Shown piece after piece: positions 8,151 to 17,175 of a stretch of 64,000 bases of DNA (within the stretch, counting starts at the first letter, position 1; the number at the start of each line of letters is the position of its first letter). Source of the DNA: a virus; IMG/VR virus record IMGVR_UViG_3300043256_000135, positions 1-64,000 of that record; one strand, given 5' to 3'. Under the pieces are notes generated by a model. It made no database searches and was not told the origin of the DNA. It saw only the letters and a list, made by a program, of their open reading frames with translations. The position numbers and the translations under genes were made by a program.

Positions 8151-9152
8151 TCAGAAAATCTCCTTCATGGTGACCTTGGCTGCCAAGGTCACCAGCTTCT
8201 GTAATTTCGAGAAATCGACAACGGGATTCTTCAGCTTTTTGACAAACCCGCGCGTCTCCTCTTCGATGAAGTCCCAGTAAACCGTGCCGATGAAGCGCGG
8301 GATGATCTTGTGGCGGTACTCCTCGATGAAGGAATCTTCGATACCGTCCGGCCCAAAAAGGCTGTCGGCCTGTTCTTGTTCCAACATCGGAGCGATGTCA
8401 TTCGCCACGGCTAGCACGACCTTCGCGAACGTCTTCTCGATGAAAGCCGTGGAGCAGAACGCTTCCACGATTTCCTTCTCGATCTGCCGCCCGCCGTCGC
8501 GCAGCTTGGGCCGGTTGCTGAACGTCTCACACACCATCTTAGCCCACGGCTGCCGTCCCCACTTGTTGGACCAGTCGTAGTTCTTCAGGACGATACCTTC
8601 ACCCACACCTTCGGTCACGAGGTACTTATTGTCCTCATCGCGCAGCTTGATCAGTTCGTTCTCGCTCGGGTTCTCGATGATCGCCAGCGGCGTCAGCACG
8701 TCGATGCCCATCTCCATCATCGGATCGGCATATACTTCGTAGGGTAGGTACTTCCCGGTGGCGTGCGTGTAAACGTCGAAGACATAGAACCGGCGCCATG
8801 CCTCTGCCTCGTACGTCTTCAGATTGTGCGGCACCAGCCACGCCCCGTACACAATCAGGTGCGGGAACTGGAGCACGAACGTGCGCAGGGCGAGAGCCCG
8901 CGGGTCGTCGCTGCGCATCCACTTGAGAAAGCCTGCATTGTCTGCATCAGCAGACAATGCCCGCGTCCGCGAGCCGCACATTACCTCTGCCGTCGCGTCG
9001 CCGGTCGGGCAGGACCACACGCTCGCGTTGGTGCCGTCGATCTTGGGAAAGATATGTACGACGCCGAACCCTAGATCAGACACATCAGGGTGGGCGCTCC
9101 GCTCTAGGTGGTCGTAGCGTCGAAATTGGCCCTGCGTCGCTACTTCAGTCAC
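8151..9152 (-). CDS. RNA ligase (Rnl2-like nucleotidyltransferase)
   Basis: KIDGTN motif I, YGAW (III), FYVFD (IIIa), EGIVLK (IV), WAK (V). Confidence 0.85.
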   Translation of the reverse strand: MTEVATQGQFRRYDHLERSAHPDVSDLGFGVVHIFPKIDGTNASVWSCPTGDATAEVMCGSRTRALSADADNAGFLKWMRSDDPRALALRTFVLQFPHLIVYGAWLVPHNLKTYEAEAWRRFYVFDVYTHATGKYLPYEVYADPMMEMGIDVLTPLAIIENPSENELIKLRDEDNKYLVTEGVGEGIVLKNYDWSNKWGRQPWAKMVCETFSNRPKLRDGGRQIEKEIVEAFCSTAFIEKTFAKVVLAVANDIAPMLEQEQADSLFGPDGIEDSFIEEYRHKIIPRFIGTVYWDFIEEETRGFVKKLKNPVVDFSKLQKLVTLAAKVTMKEIF

Positions 9153-9369
9153 GGCTAGACCACTTCTCGGGCGTGGATGTAAAGCCCTCATCATGTAGCT
9201 CGGTCTCGGGAATGCAGTCAACCAACGGCACTTCACGCTCACAGGCAATGATTGCGGTTAGCACGGCCCGCACGGTCGTCGGATCGGTGATTACCTGCAC
9301 GTCGGTGTCACCGACGTATGAGCGGGAGCCCTCGGGCTTGGGAACTTGGACGCGGATCTGTATGTTCAT
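9145..9369 (-). CDS. Hypothetical protein (leaderless)
   Basis: CTGACC-N18-TATACT-N5-ATG (9375-9404). Confidence 0.65.
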   Translation of the reverse strand: MNIQIRVQVPKPEGSRSYVGDTDVQVITDPTTVRAVLTAIIACEREVPLVDCIPETELHDEGFTSTPEKWSSRD

Positions 9370-9400
9370 GGGATAGTATACCACATGAAACGCAGGCGGG

Positions 9401-9721
9401 TCAGATTTTGATCTCGGAACAATCTCGCATCCACTTCTCTAAGTAGCCGGGGCCGCTCGGCTCCCGAGCGGCCGGGCACTGGAGTAGTAGGCTTACGGCG
9501 TTGCTAATGCCGCAGCGCCCGGTGTGCTGATCAGTCCACGCCTCGATGTAGTCCGGGATGTGTCGGGTGACTCCCATCTGATCCACACCGTGCGGCGGGC
9601 TACCAGTACGCACGCTCTGCCATTCGAACACAAAGTACGCGACCAGCAGGTTGAGCAACTCCGGCTGGTTTTCCGCCATCTTGCCCAACGTACGCCGCGT
9701 CGGCCTATTGTATTCAGCCAT
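9401..9721 (-). CDS. Hypothetical protein (leaderless)
   Basis: TTGAAG-N17-TATACT-N6-ATG. Confidence 0.6.
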   Translation of the reverse strand: MAEYNRPTRRTLGKMAENQPELLNLLVAYFVFEWQSVRTGSPPHGVDQMGVTRHIPDYIEAWTDQHTGRCGISNAVSLLLQCPAAREPSGPGYLEKWMRDCSEIKI

Positions 9722-9789
9722 GCTGACAGTATAGACCATGGTGGCCCAGCCTTCAAGAGATGGGCATCTGAACGCAGGTGAATCCCATG

Positions 9790-9829
9790 AAAAAAAAATG
9801 CTGCCGGCGTCGGGATCCGCCGGCAGCAT
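9790..9829 (-). terminator. Rho-independent terminator
   Basis: ATGCTGCCGGCG/CGCCGGCAGCAT 12-bp stem followed by a T run. Confidence 0.9.
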
Positions 9830-9833
9830 GGGA

Positions 9834-10184
9834 TCAGATTTTTAGTGGTGGGACTCCTTGAACAGGCCCGTTAGGGATCCGATGAGCGGATAGGCTCGCC
9901 GCGGCAAGACACTTGCGGACGGATAGGAACCGGACCACCTTGCGGGAGTTGCGTGGACCTGTGCGTGCGTCACTCGCCCGCAGGGTAGCGATTAGGATCC
10001 GCAGCATGACTAATGTGTTGCCGCGGGTCAATCCACACCAGAATGCTAGGGGTGTTGCCTCCGCCTTCCACAGGCGAGCATCGGTAGCGCCCCGCGCGCG
10101 TAGGGCGACCGACACTGCGCGGGCGATCAGGTACACCACGCGGGCTACCTCGCTCTGCGGAATGTTGTCGGGGTCAATGTTCAC
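9834..10184 (-). CDS. Hypothetical protein
   Basis: GTGA overlap chain. Confidence 0.55.
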   Translation of the reverse strand: MNIDPDNIPQSEVARVVYLIARAVSVALRARGATDARLWKAEATPLAFWCGLTRGNTLVMLRILIATLRASDARTGPRNSRKVVRFLSVRKCLAAASLSAHRIPNGPVQGVPPLKI

Positions 10185-10552
10185 TTGCGCCCCATCAGAG
10201 CGTCAACCTGTTTGTTGTAGGCATCTCGCAACTCACTGAACTCGACAGCTGGTAGGGCGTCAATAGCCTCCAACCACGACCCAGGTTCGATGCCATGCGC
10301 TCGGGCCGCAGTATAAACAGCGGTCTCGTACGCGGCCATCAGACCAGTGCGCTCGCCCATCATACTGCGCAGCTTGCGGCGTGACAGGGCTCGCAGGGTG
10401 TTGTTCGGGTTGAAGCAGTCCCGCACTAGACACAGCGCCTTGCTGAACTCATCGCACGGTTCGACTAGCTCCAGTAGCTCCATGATGGGCCCGATGTCCG
10501 GGTGTTTCGACATGCTCTCGTACAAGTTCATGACTCTCGCCTCGCTGTCCAC
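10181..10552 (-). CDS. Hypothetical protein
   Basis: ORF in coupled chain. Confidence 0.6.
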   Translation of the reverse strand: MDSEARVMNLYESMSKHPDIGPIMELLELVEPCDEFSKALCLVRDCFNPNNTLRALSRRKLRSMMGERTGLMAAYETAVYTAARAHGIEPGSWLEAIDALPAVEFSELRDAYNKQVDALMGRK

Positions 10553-10755
10553 ACGGCTTCACCGATCAGGATGAATGTCTGCCAACAGGTGCCGACCAGA
10601 ACCTGCACTTCGTAGGTGTCCAGTACGGCGTTGCACTCTGAGGTGCAGTCGCCCATGTAGATTTCGGCGGCGCAGCTTGCGCACTCCGCTTCGATAAGAC
10701 GGGCCCCGTAATGGTTCAGATCATCGACTCCGCGCACAGTGTATACGGTCACCAT
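10528..10755 (-). CDS. Hypothetical protein
   Basis: ORF in coupled chain. Confidence 0.5.
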   Translation of the reverse strand: MVTVYTVRGVDDLNHYGARLIEAECASCAAEIYMGDCTSECNAVLDTYEVQVLVGTCWQTFILIGEAVWTARRES

Positions 10756-10982
10756 AGTCTCACCATCCTTGGCTCTTGCAGCTTAGCGTCGCTTGCCCAC
10801 CACATCCATTCGTCCCAGTCTTCGAAGTGTACACGGCGAGTCGGCCACAATGTGAAGAATACCCCTGGATCCCAGTCCAAGAAGGGTGTACGGGCCCATA
10901 ACACGCGGCGAGTTGGCTCGCCCTCGCGCTTCCACCGCTGGCCAGCTCGGGGCCAGCCTTCCGGGTCCGCGCGAACCCTCAC
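10749..10982 (-). CDS. Trp-rich hypothetical protein
   Basis: GTGA overlap with 10979..11356. Confidence 0.5.
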   Translation of the reverse strand: MRVRADPEGWPRAGQRWKREGEPTRRVLWARTPFLDWDPGVFFTLWPTRRVHFEDWDEWMWWASDAKLQEPRMVRLW

Positions 10983-11356
10983 AATGTTCCTGCCAATCGC
11001 GTCGGGTTGTCGGTGCGCACGATCCTCGCGCCGTGCACCCAATCCACGAACCGGACCATCAGTGTGCGCACGATGGGCGGGCGCGAGTTCCACCGCGATG
11101 CTGGCATGGACTGGTACCACACGTAGTCTTCGGACACGCGAACGATGGCCCGCGAGACTCCGCACTTGCGGTATACCTGCCCGACGGTCAGCAGGCCCAT
11201 GTCCAACTCGTGGATGGCGTTCAGGGCGTCCCTGATTCGGGTGGCATACCTATGGCATCCACAGCTCGCCGCGGGATGCTCGGAGCCTTCCTCGCGTTCG
11301 TTGTCGATCACCCACCAGCCGGCGCCCACGGGGTGCATAAAATAGCGGGTGGTCAT
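10979..11356 (-). CDS. Hypothetical protein
   Basis: GAGGG SD; MTTRYFMHP... Confidence 0.6.
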   Translation of the reverse strand: MTTRYFMHPVGAGWWVIDNEREEGSEHPAASCGCHRYATRIRDALNAIHELDMGLLTVGQVYRKCGVSRAIVRVSEDYVWYQSMPASRWNSRPPIVRTLMVRFVDWVHGARIVRTDNPTRLAGTL

Positions 11357-11501
11357 GCTTGTTCCCTCAACCACTTCTTGACGCGCACGGCGTAGCGCAC
11401 GCGCATCGGTTCGGACAGCTTTCCACTGCCCATGCGCTTGACCTTCGTGCCCTCGCGGCGAGCCTTGCGGGATCCGAGAGACTTCCTGAATTCACGGCGT
11501 G

Positions 11502-11711
11502 TCATGCCTTTACTTCCTGCTGGCGTATTCGTGTTTGCCAGTACGAGTCGAGTTCATCAGCTGCCGCCCGGGCTTCGGCTTCGCTATCGCCGCGCCAGAC
11601 TAGGATCCAGATCAGGCCATCGTCGATGGCCGCTTCCACGATCCAGGGGAACTCTGCATCTTGTGCTGGGGGTTTATCATACGCCCAGCCGCTGCCGTCA
11701 TTGTTGCTCAT
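11502..11711 (-). CDS. Hypothetical protein
   Basis: ATGA overlaps. Confidence 0.55.
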   Translation of the reverse strand: MSNNDGSGWAYDKPPAQDAEFPWIVEAAIDDGLIWILVWRGDSEAEARAAADELDSYWQTRIRQQEVKA

Positions 11712-13210
11712 GGCTTCTTACATCCTCTGCTGCACGGGGAGACCCCGTTGAACAGCTCAATTTCTCCAGCGCCGCCGCACTCGGGGCACTTGGGCTTGTC
11801 GGCGTTCGGTGACTCTGGCGCTTTGTCGTCGTTCGACGACATTACGAAGGCACTCTTACCGCAGGCGCACTGTGCGTTATCGTACGGACCGAAGTCGCAC
11901 TTGTGTGCGGTACGCTCCCGGATCTTGTCCAGGATCGGGCTCGCCACCACGTCCAGCTCTACCTCGACGGTGCCGTCTCCATTCACCTTAGTGCACCGTC
12001 CGATACTCACGCAGCTGGCGTCAACGTCTAGGTACACGCGGCTACCCACGGCCAAGGTCCAGCCGTCGGCCGACCGGCACGTGCAGACGACGCGGGGGCC
12101 CGTGCTGGTGTTCATGCGGATAGCGCCCAGCGTGCCCACGCACTTCTCGGATTCGATATTGGGGCCGGGCCACGTCACGGTCGTGCTGAGCACTTCCAGC
12201 GGTGGCATATGCTCCTGCTCGGACACACGCTCCAGGTCATCCGTGGCCATGGTGACGATCGTGGAACTGCCGCCGCTCTGCTGATAGACCACATCAACCG
12301 TGCCGTTGTTGTGGATGCGTTGGACGATCCACGTCACGTTGCTCGGATCCCCCTTGAGGTGAACGTAGTCGCCCAGGGCCAGCGGCGCCTTCAAGCTGTC
12401 CAGGAACGGGTACTTGACCTCGGACTCAAGTGCCAGAGTCAGACTCTCATCGCGGATTTCAACCACGCGGCCCAGAACTCCGCACGTGCGGATGCGATCA
12501 CCCAGATCGAACTGTCTGGCTTGGGGATCAAGGAGGGTGAAGGTCGGGGCCTCGGTCAGCTGCTCGCATGGTGCGCCCACGGCGAACTCGTAATTCATCT
12601 GCCTCCTCGCTGCGCGGATGTCTTCCATCGGCGTAGATTCGGTGGTGTCCCACTTGGTCCCATTGTTCTCGGGCGTGGCAAAGTTGCGAGCCTCGAAGTA
12701 CTTGATCCCGGCGGATGTGAACTTCCCATCCTCCATGACGGTCAGCTGCTCGCACGTTGCGCCCTCGGCGTATTCGTAATCGTCCGGCGACACGCCCACG
12801 CTTGACTCTGTGGCGAATTCCACATCGGCCTTATTCTTCACGGCCCGCGGCCCGACGTTGTCGTCCAGCCACGTCCGAATCTCCTCGGCCCGCGCTGGCG
12901 ACGGAATGCCGCCGTCCAGGACAAAGCCGCCGACCGCCTCGGGCTCGCGGGTCATGTCCCACAGGTCGCAGATGAACGCGCGGGCGTCGGGTTGCTTCTC
13001 GAACTCGTCGCTGATGTACACCATCTGCATCTCGCGGCCCATCTCCCCCAGTTCCTTCATCGTGCCATCGGTCTGGTGTTTCGTGAAGGTGGCCATCTCC
13101 CGGTAGGCAATCGCGAAGAACTTGGCCTGATCGTTGCTCGGCATGTGAGCGAACGCTTTGGCCATCTGTCCCACGTCGATGTCGATCTCGGTCTCGCTGG
13201 TGAACTTCAC
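11708..13210 (-). CDS. Mosaic multi-domain protein (SH3/KOW-like modules, C-terminal Zn finger)
   Basis: Three LxxGD/GSxV modules; duplicated YE(Y/F)AxGAxCEQLT; CPECGGAG...C..GC. Confidence 0.7.
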   Translation of the reverse strand: MKFTSETEIDIDVGQMAKAFAHMPSNDQAKFFAIAYREMATFTKHQTDGTMKELGEMGREMQMVYISDEFEKQPDARAFICDLWDMTREPEAVGGFVLDGGIPSPARAEEIRTWLDDNVGPRAVKNKADVEFATESSVGVSPDDYEYAEGATCEQLTVMEDGKFTSAGIKYFEARNFATPENNGTKWDTTESTPMEDIRAARRQMNYEFAVGAPCEQLTEAPTFTLLDPQARQFDLGDRIRTCGVLGRVVEIRDESLTLALESEVKYPFLDSLKAPLALGDYVHLKGDPSNVTWIVQRIHNNGTVDVVYQQSGGSSTIVTMATDDLERVSEQEHMPPLEVLSTTVTWPGPNIESEKCVGTLGAIRMNTSTGPRVVCTCRSADGWTLAVGSRVYLDVDASCVSIGRCTKVNGDGTVEVELDVVASPILDKIRERTAHKCDFGPYDNAQCACGKSAFVMSSNDDKAPESPNADKPKCPECGGAGEIELFNGVSPCSRGCKKP

Positions 13211-13497
13211 GGGGCCACCTCACCGATGTCGAAGACGTGCGCTACTACCTGACCACCCAGGACTGTCGCGCTCCCCACGTGCTGGCCCAGAGTAACTTCG
13301 GGCGGCAGTGGAGTAGCGGTGCCGATGACGGCCAGCGCACGGTTGACGACGGGGGCGTCAGGCTTTACGTGAGCCCACACGGCCAGCTGGTCATTTGGGG
13401 CAGCCACGTACAGGATCGTTGCCCCTTCGGGCATGGGGATCACGTGGTCCACTTTGTCGAAGTCCAGCAGGTACTTGTAAATGATGTGGTCGGTCAT
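13207..13497 (-). CDS. Conserved small phage protein (DUF7352-like)
   Basis: IYKY.L...MPEGA.IL...VWA.V.P...GT...HVF; TGTGG-TATGCT promoter and GGAG SD. Confidence 0.75.
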   Translation of the reverse strand: MTDHIIYKYLLDFDKVDHVIPMPEGATILYVAAPNDQLAVWAHVKPDAPVVNRALAVIGTATPLPPEVTLGQHVGSATVLGGQVVAHVFDIGEVAP

Positions 13498-13549
13498 GGG
13501 TTCGGTCTCCAGTTGGGATAGCATACCACACCCAGGTGGGCGTGGGGGA

Positions 13550-14260
13550 TTATTTCGTAGGTCGTTTACACCCCTGCGAGCAATCCGATTTTTTGTAGGT
13601 AATCTGGGAAATGTATTCGCCAGAGCCACCACATTCTTCGCATATAGCCTTCGAGTTGGAATTCAGCTTTTTGTCTCGATCGGATTTCGGTGTCACAGGT
13701 TTGATGACGTTGCCCTTCGCGTCGAACGCCTTGACGACGGTGCCGGTGCCACCCCCGGTCGCCATTGGCTTCCCGGTCTTCATTACCGCGGCTAGCTGCG
13801 GGCTGATCATGTGGTGCGTCATACCGGTCAGCACTTGGCGCGCGGAGTCTTCCAGCACGTCGCTCGCGTTGCCCGGGTAATTAGCCAGCACCACGTCGTC
13901 CACGGTGTGTTGCTGCTGGTAGCGCGTGAGCGCGTTCGGCTTCACGGTTCCGTCGGGCTGCACGGTCCACTCGGTCATGGTCGCGCGGTGCACGGTCGTG
14001 TTATGCTGGCGGTACTGCTCCAGCTCCACTTCCTTCAATACCTTGCCGGCGGCTGGGTGCGGCGGTGGGGGCACCACTTCCACGGGAAGCACCACACCCT
14101 GGATCTTTGGCGCCAAGGTGATAGCGGCATGGACGCCCGTCGTACTTACGTCCATCGACAGGTGGACGACCTGGATCTTCTTGTCCGTGTCTGCGTCGTA
14201 GATATCCACGTTGTTCGGATCGCCGACGTTGCCCCGAATGTAGATGCGTTTGATAGTCAT
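13550..14260 (-). CDS. Hypothetical protein with C-terminal Zn finger
   Basis: CEECGGSG...CSQGCK. Confidence 0.7.
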   Translation of the reverse strand: MTIKRIYIRGNVGDPNNVDIYDADTDKKIQVVHLSMDVSTTGVHAAITLAPKIQGVVLPVEVVPPPPHPAAGKVLKEVELEQYRQHNTTVHRATMTEWTVQPDGTVKPNALTRYQQQHTVDDVVLANYPGNASDVLEDSARQVLTGMTHHMISPQLAAVMKTGKPMATGGGTGTVVKAFDAKGNVIKPVTPKSDRDKKLNSNSKAICEECGGSGEYISQITYKKSDCSQGCKRPTK

Positions 14261-14378
14261 CGCTGTCCTCGCGGGTTCTGGGCGTCCATCCAGTCGACGA
14301 TGGCCTGGACGAGGGCGGGCGGAACTCCCCGGCGCAGCAGCTCGTCCAGGAGCATGGCGATTCGTTGGTGGTAGGGCA

Positions 14379-14588
14379 TCAGTAGTTCCCGTCTTGCAGC
14401 ATGATCGCGGGCCCGTTCGTCACCTCGTGGATCGTGTAAACGTCACCGTTGCACCGCCGCGACAGGCTGTGCCTTCTCAGCATGGCGTTGAACTTGCGCC
14501 GGGCGTCGGCCTCGGACAGGGCGACCACCACAGCCGCCGTGCCCGTGGGCCATTGCCCCTCGAAGTCGTTCGTGTAGTAGGTTCGCAT
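14379..14588 (-). CDS. Hypothetical protein
   Basis: TGATG coupling. Confidence 0.6.
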   Translation of the reverse strand: MRTYYTNDFEGQWPTGTAAVVVALSEADARRKFNAMLRRHSLSRRCNGDVYTIHEVTNGPAIMLQDGNY

Positions 14589-14833
14589 CAGAAGTTCCTC
14601 TCGATGAGCGCGCTAGGCTCCTGTGTCATGTGGTTGCCGTGCAGAATGTTCAAGAAGTCGCACATCCCGTCACGATTGCCGGTCACTCCCTCGATCTCCA
14701 GCTTGTCCAGGCGCGCTGGGATCTCGGCCTTTGTACGGTTGTTTAGCTCGCGCTGGGCCTCGGCGACAGTCGGTAGGTACTCGTTGTACCAGTCTTCGGT
14801 CTCGGGATACGCTTGTACGCGATAAACGATCAT
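14588..14833 (-). CDS. Hypothetical protein
   Basis: GAGGG SD, ATGA overlap. Confidence 0.6.
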   Translation of the reverse strand: MIVYRVQAYPETEDWYNEYLPTVAEAQRELNNRTKAEIPARLDKLEIEGVTGNRDGMCDFLNILHGNHMTQEPSALIERNF

Positions 14834-15174
14834 GGCTTGTCCCTCAATCGTAGGTGAATGATGTTCGAAGCCCAGGGGGCGATCTCCAGCGTGTCCGATC
14901 CGCTGATCTCCACGTGGTCGCCGCGCAGTGTCACGTCGATGAAGTCCTGCCAAGACTTGTACTCATCGGTCAAGGCGAACCGGATCCGGGTGCGATCGGG
15001 CAGGTAGCTCAGCGGCTTGTCGCGGTAAGGCTCCAGCTCCACGCGAGTCGGCTCTCTGTTGGTCAGCTCGGCGATCTGCTCGCGGGCCTCTTGCAGCCGC
15101 ATCCCCAGGGTCTCGAACTCCTGCTGTGCCCACTTGGGCAGGGTCTCCCGCCGATATGCTTTCTTGGTGCTCAT
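14830..15174 (-). CDS. Hypothetical phage protein
   Basis: LPKWAQ + coiled coil N-terminus. Confidence 0.7.
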   Translation of the reverse strand: MSTKKAYRRETLPKWAQQEFETLGMRLQEAREQIAELTNREPTRVELEPYRDKPLSYLPDRTRIRFALTDEYKSWQDFIDVTLRGDHVEISGSDTLEIAPWASNIIHLRLRDKP

Positions 15175-15383
15175 GATTCTTTCCTCTGGGTTCGCAGAGT
15201 CTCATCGCCTTTGATGGTAGCTCCGCAGAATGGACAGAACTTGATTGCAATGACGATCTGAGGTTCCCAGGCCAATACAAAGTCGGCCATGTCAGTAGGA
15301 ACCTCTTCGCCGGCCCGCGTTCCCATGATGCCGACTAGAAAGTGGCGGCGCATGGTGCAGCAATAAGTTTCCAGTTCACTCAT
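15171..15383 (-). CDS. Small Zn-binding protein
   Basis: CC...IKFCPFCG. Confidence 0.65.
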   Translation of the reverse strand: MSELETYCCTMRRHFLVGIMGTRAGEEVPTDMADFVLAWEPQIVIAIKFCPFCGATIKGDETLRTQRKES

Positions 15384-16030
15384 AACCCCAGCTCCATGTC
15401 AGTGCCGCAGCAGCAAGTCGGCAGGCCCACGTCGATCCACTTCTGGGTCGTGCGCAGAGTATAGCCACACTCAACATCGCTACAGCTCACCTTGATCATG
15501 CGGGTGCCTTGCTTGGTAGTCGAGGACTTCGACAGCTCCGCGTGCGGGTAGGGCCCGAGGTTACCGGTCAGCGCCAGCAACTGGCTGGAGAGCTGCTCTC
15601 CAGCCACCGTCGCGGTCATCTTGCCTTCCAGCCCGATGGCCTTGGCCAGCTTGCGGAACGGCCCCTTGTGGCCCGCATCTTTGCCGACGATGGTGTGGAT
15701 CAGCTCGTGGATCATGATGTCTAGGACCCGGATGGGCTCGTCCAGCGCGGGGCTGATGAATATCTCGCAGGTCGCATCGGCACTGCTCTCCGAATGCCAC
15801 GCCTGCCCGATGGTCTTGCCTCGGCCACCCTTGGGCCAGCCGCAACTCAGCCTCAACTTTGGGTAGTCGGGCGCTCCCTGCTCGTCGAACAGCGAGCGGA
15901 CTTCCAGCGCGGCGGCGTTCAGCCACTGCTCTCGGGTCGCGTGCTTCTGCCCGGTGCATGCTTTCTTTGGCTTGAGCTTCTCGCGCAGCTTGGTCCGCAC
16001 TGCGCTGTTGAGTTTCATGATTGGGTCCAT
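15380..16030 (-). CDS. SprT-like zinc metalloprotease
   Basis: HELIH (HExxH), GHKGPF, C-terminal CxxxxC...CxCG. Confidence 0.85.
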   Translation of the reverse strand: MDPIMKLNSAVRTKLREKLKPKKACTGQKHATREQWLNAAALEVRSLFDEQGAPDYPKLRLSCGWPKGGRGKTIGQAWHSESSADATCEIFISPALDEPIRVLDIMIHELIHTIVGKDAGHKGPFRKLAKAIGLEGKMTATVAGEQLSSQLLALTGNLGPYPHAELSKSSTTKQGTRMIKVSCSDVECGYTLRTTQKWIDVGLPTCCCGTDMELGL

Positions 16031-16054
16031 GGATTGTTCCTCGTTTGTTGCCCA

Positions 16055-16089
16055 ATCCTACCACACGTTTACACCAGCGGCGGGGAATT
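16055..16089 (-). promoter_or_regulatory. Variant early promoter (AATT...GTGTAAAC-GTGTGG-TAGGAT), leadered with GAGG SD
   Basis: Shares the -10, spacer motif and AATT position with the repeats at 590-3070. Confidence 0.65.
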
Positions 16090-16666
16090 ACCCTTTCTCA
16101 TCCCAAATCTGATCGACCAACCCCCATGCCACGGCCAGCTCCGCGGTGAAATACTTGTCGGATTTTCCGGCAAAGATCCTTGCCCAGTGGGGGGCAGGCT
16201 TTTTGGTGTAGGCTGCGAGCAGGCGGGCGTATGTGGCCATTTGTACCTTGGCGGCCTCGGCGAGGCTCTTCAGGTAGAGTGGCGGGATGTTCTCGGGCAC
16301 GTCGGACAGGGCCACGTCATGCAGCATGAAAGTGACGTTCTCGCTGGCGTACCGGTAGCCCTTCTCCCCGCATGCGACTAGCAGGGGTGCAGCGCTTTGG
16401 CACTTGCCCAGGGCGACGGTGTGGACCGGGGCGGATATGGTTCGGGTCACGTCGTGCAGGGCGAACGCTTCGTCTAGGTCACCGCCGTACGATGAGACGT
16501 ACAGCTCGATGGGTTCCTTGTTCACGTCGGCCAGCAGGTAAAGCCCACGGATGGCGCGGCCGACGGTGGCCTCTTCAACACCGCCGTGCAGGAAGATGCG
16601 GCGCCCGGCGATGTCCACGCCGTGCTCCAGGGCGGCTTCGATGCGCGCGTTGGTTAGGCGGGCCAT
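16088..16666 (-). CDS. clpP: ClpP-family protease
   Basis: RRIFL, SSYGG, CQSAA (Ser), FMLHD (His), DKYF, GLVD. Confidence 0.9.
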   Translation of the reverse strand: MARLTNARIEAALEHGVDIAGRRIFLHGGVEEATVGRAIRGLYLLADVNKEPIELYVSSYGGDLDEAFALHDVTRTISAPVHTVALGKCQSAAPLLVACGEKGYRYASENVTFMLHDVALSDVPENIPPLYLKSLAEAAKVQMATYARLLAAYTKKPAPHWARIFAGKSDKYFTAELAVAWGLVDQIWDEKG

Positions 16667-17175
16667 TAGCGGGTCAGACGGTCGAATTGTGCCAGGAATC
16701 TTGCCCGTGCAGTCCGCCAGTGCCAGGGCTCGATTGGCAGATCAGGGTAGGGTACCATGCCCGATGTAGGCACCCACAGATCGAAGCCGAACTCCGCGGC
16801 CTCGGTGATCATCAGACGATGGTCCACTGCTTTGAGCGCCGAGGTGAACTCCTCCGGCAGCCCGAACTTCGCGCGGATTACGGCCTCTAGGCGGTCCTCG
16901 ATCACCTTGTAGTCTGGCAGTAGCGCCTTCAGAGGCGTGGGCATGTCGCCCACGTATGCTTCTTGGGCGTCGTGAAGTAGTGCCTCCAGTTCCAAGCCAG
17001 TTGGTGCGACGTCGCTGGCCAGCACGCAATGCTGCGCCACGCTGTAGGGCCACGGCGTATGTCCGCTGTACCTATTGGTCAGAGACAGGGCGTGCGCGAT
17101 GTCTTCGATGAGAATTGAGTCGGGCGTGGGATTCAGAAAATCCACGGTCCCGCTGCGGGTACTGATGTAGGTCAT
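16666..17175 (-). CDS. HD-domain phosphohydrolase (YfdR/5'-deoxynucleotidase-like)
   Basis: DIAHALS..NRY.GH...YSVAQH...ALLHDA.EAY.GD.PTPLK. Confidence 0.9.
   Translation of the reverse strand: MTYISTRSGTVDFLNPTPDSILIEDIAHALSLTNRYSGHTPWPYSVAQHCVLASDVAPTGLELEALLHDAQEAYVGDMPTPLKALLPDYKVIEDRLEAVIRAKFGLPEEFTSALKAVDHRLMITEAAEFGFDLWVPTSGMVPYPDLPIEPWHWRTARARFLAQFDRLTR

Noticed and set aside
16088-16666. ClpP as capsid maturation protease
   Set aside because: Located in the replication arm; the head module has its own XkdF-type protease
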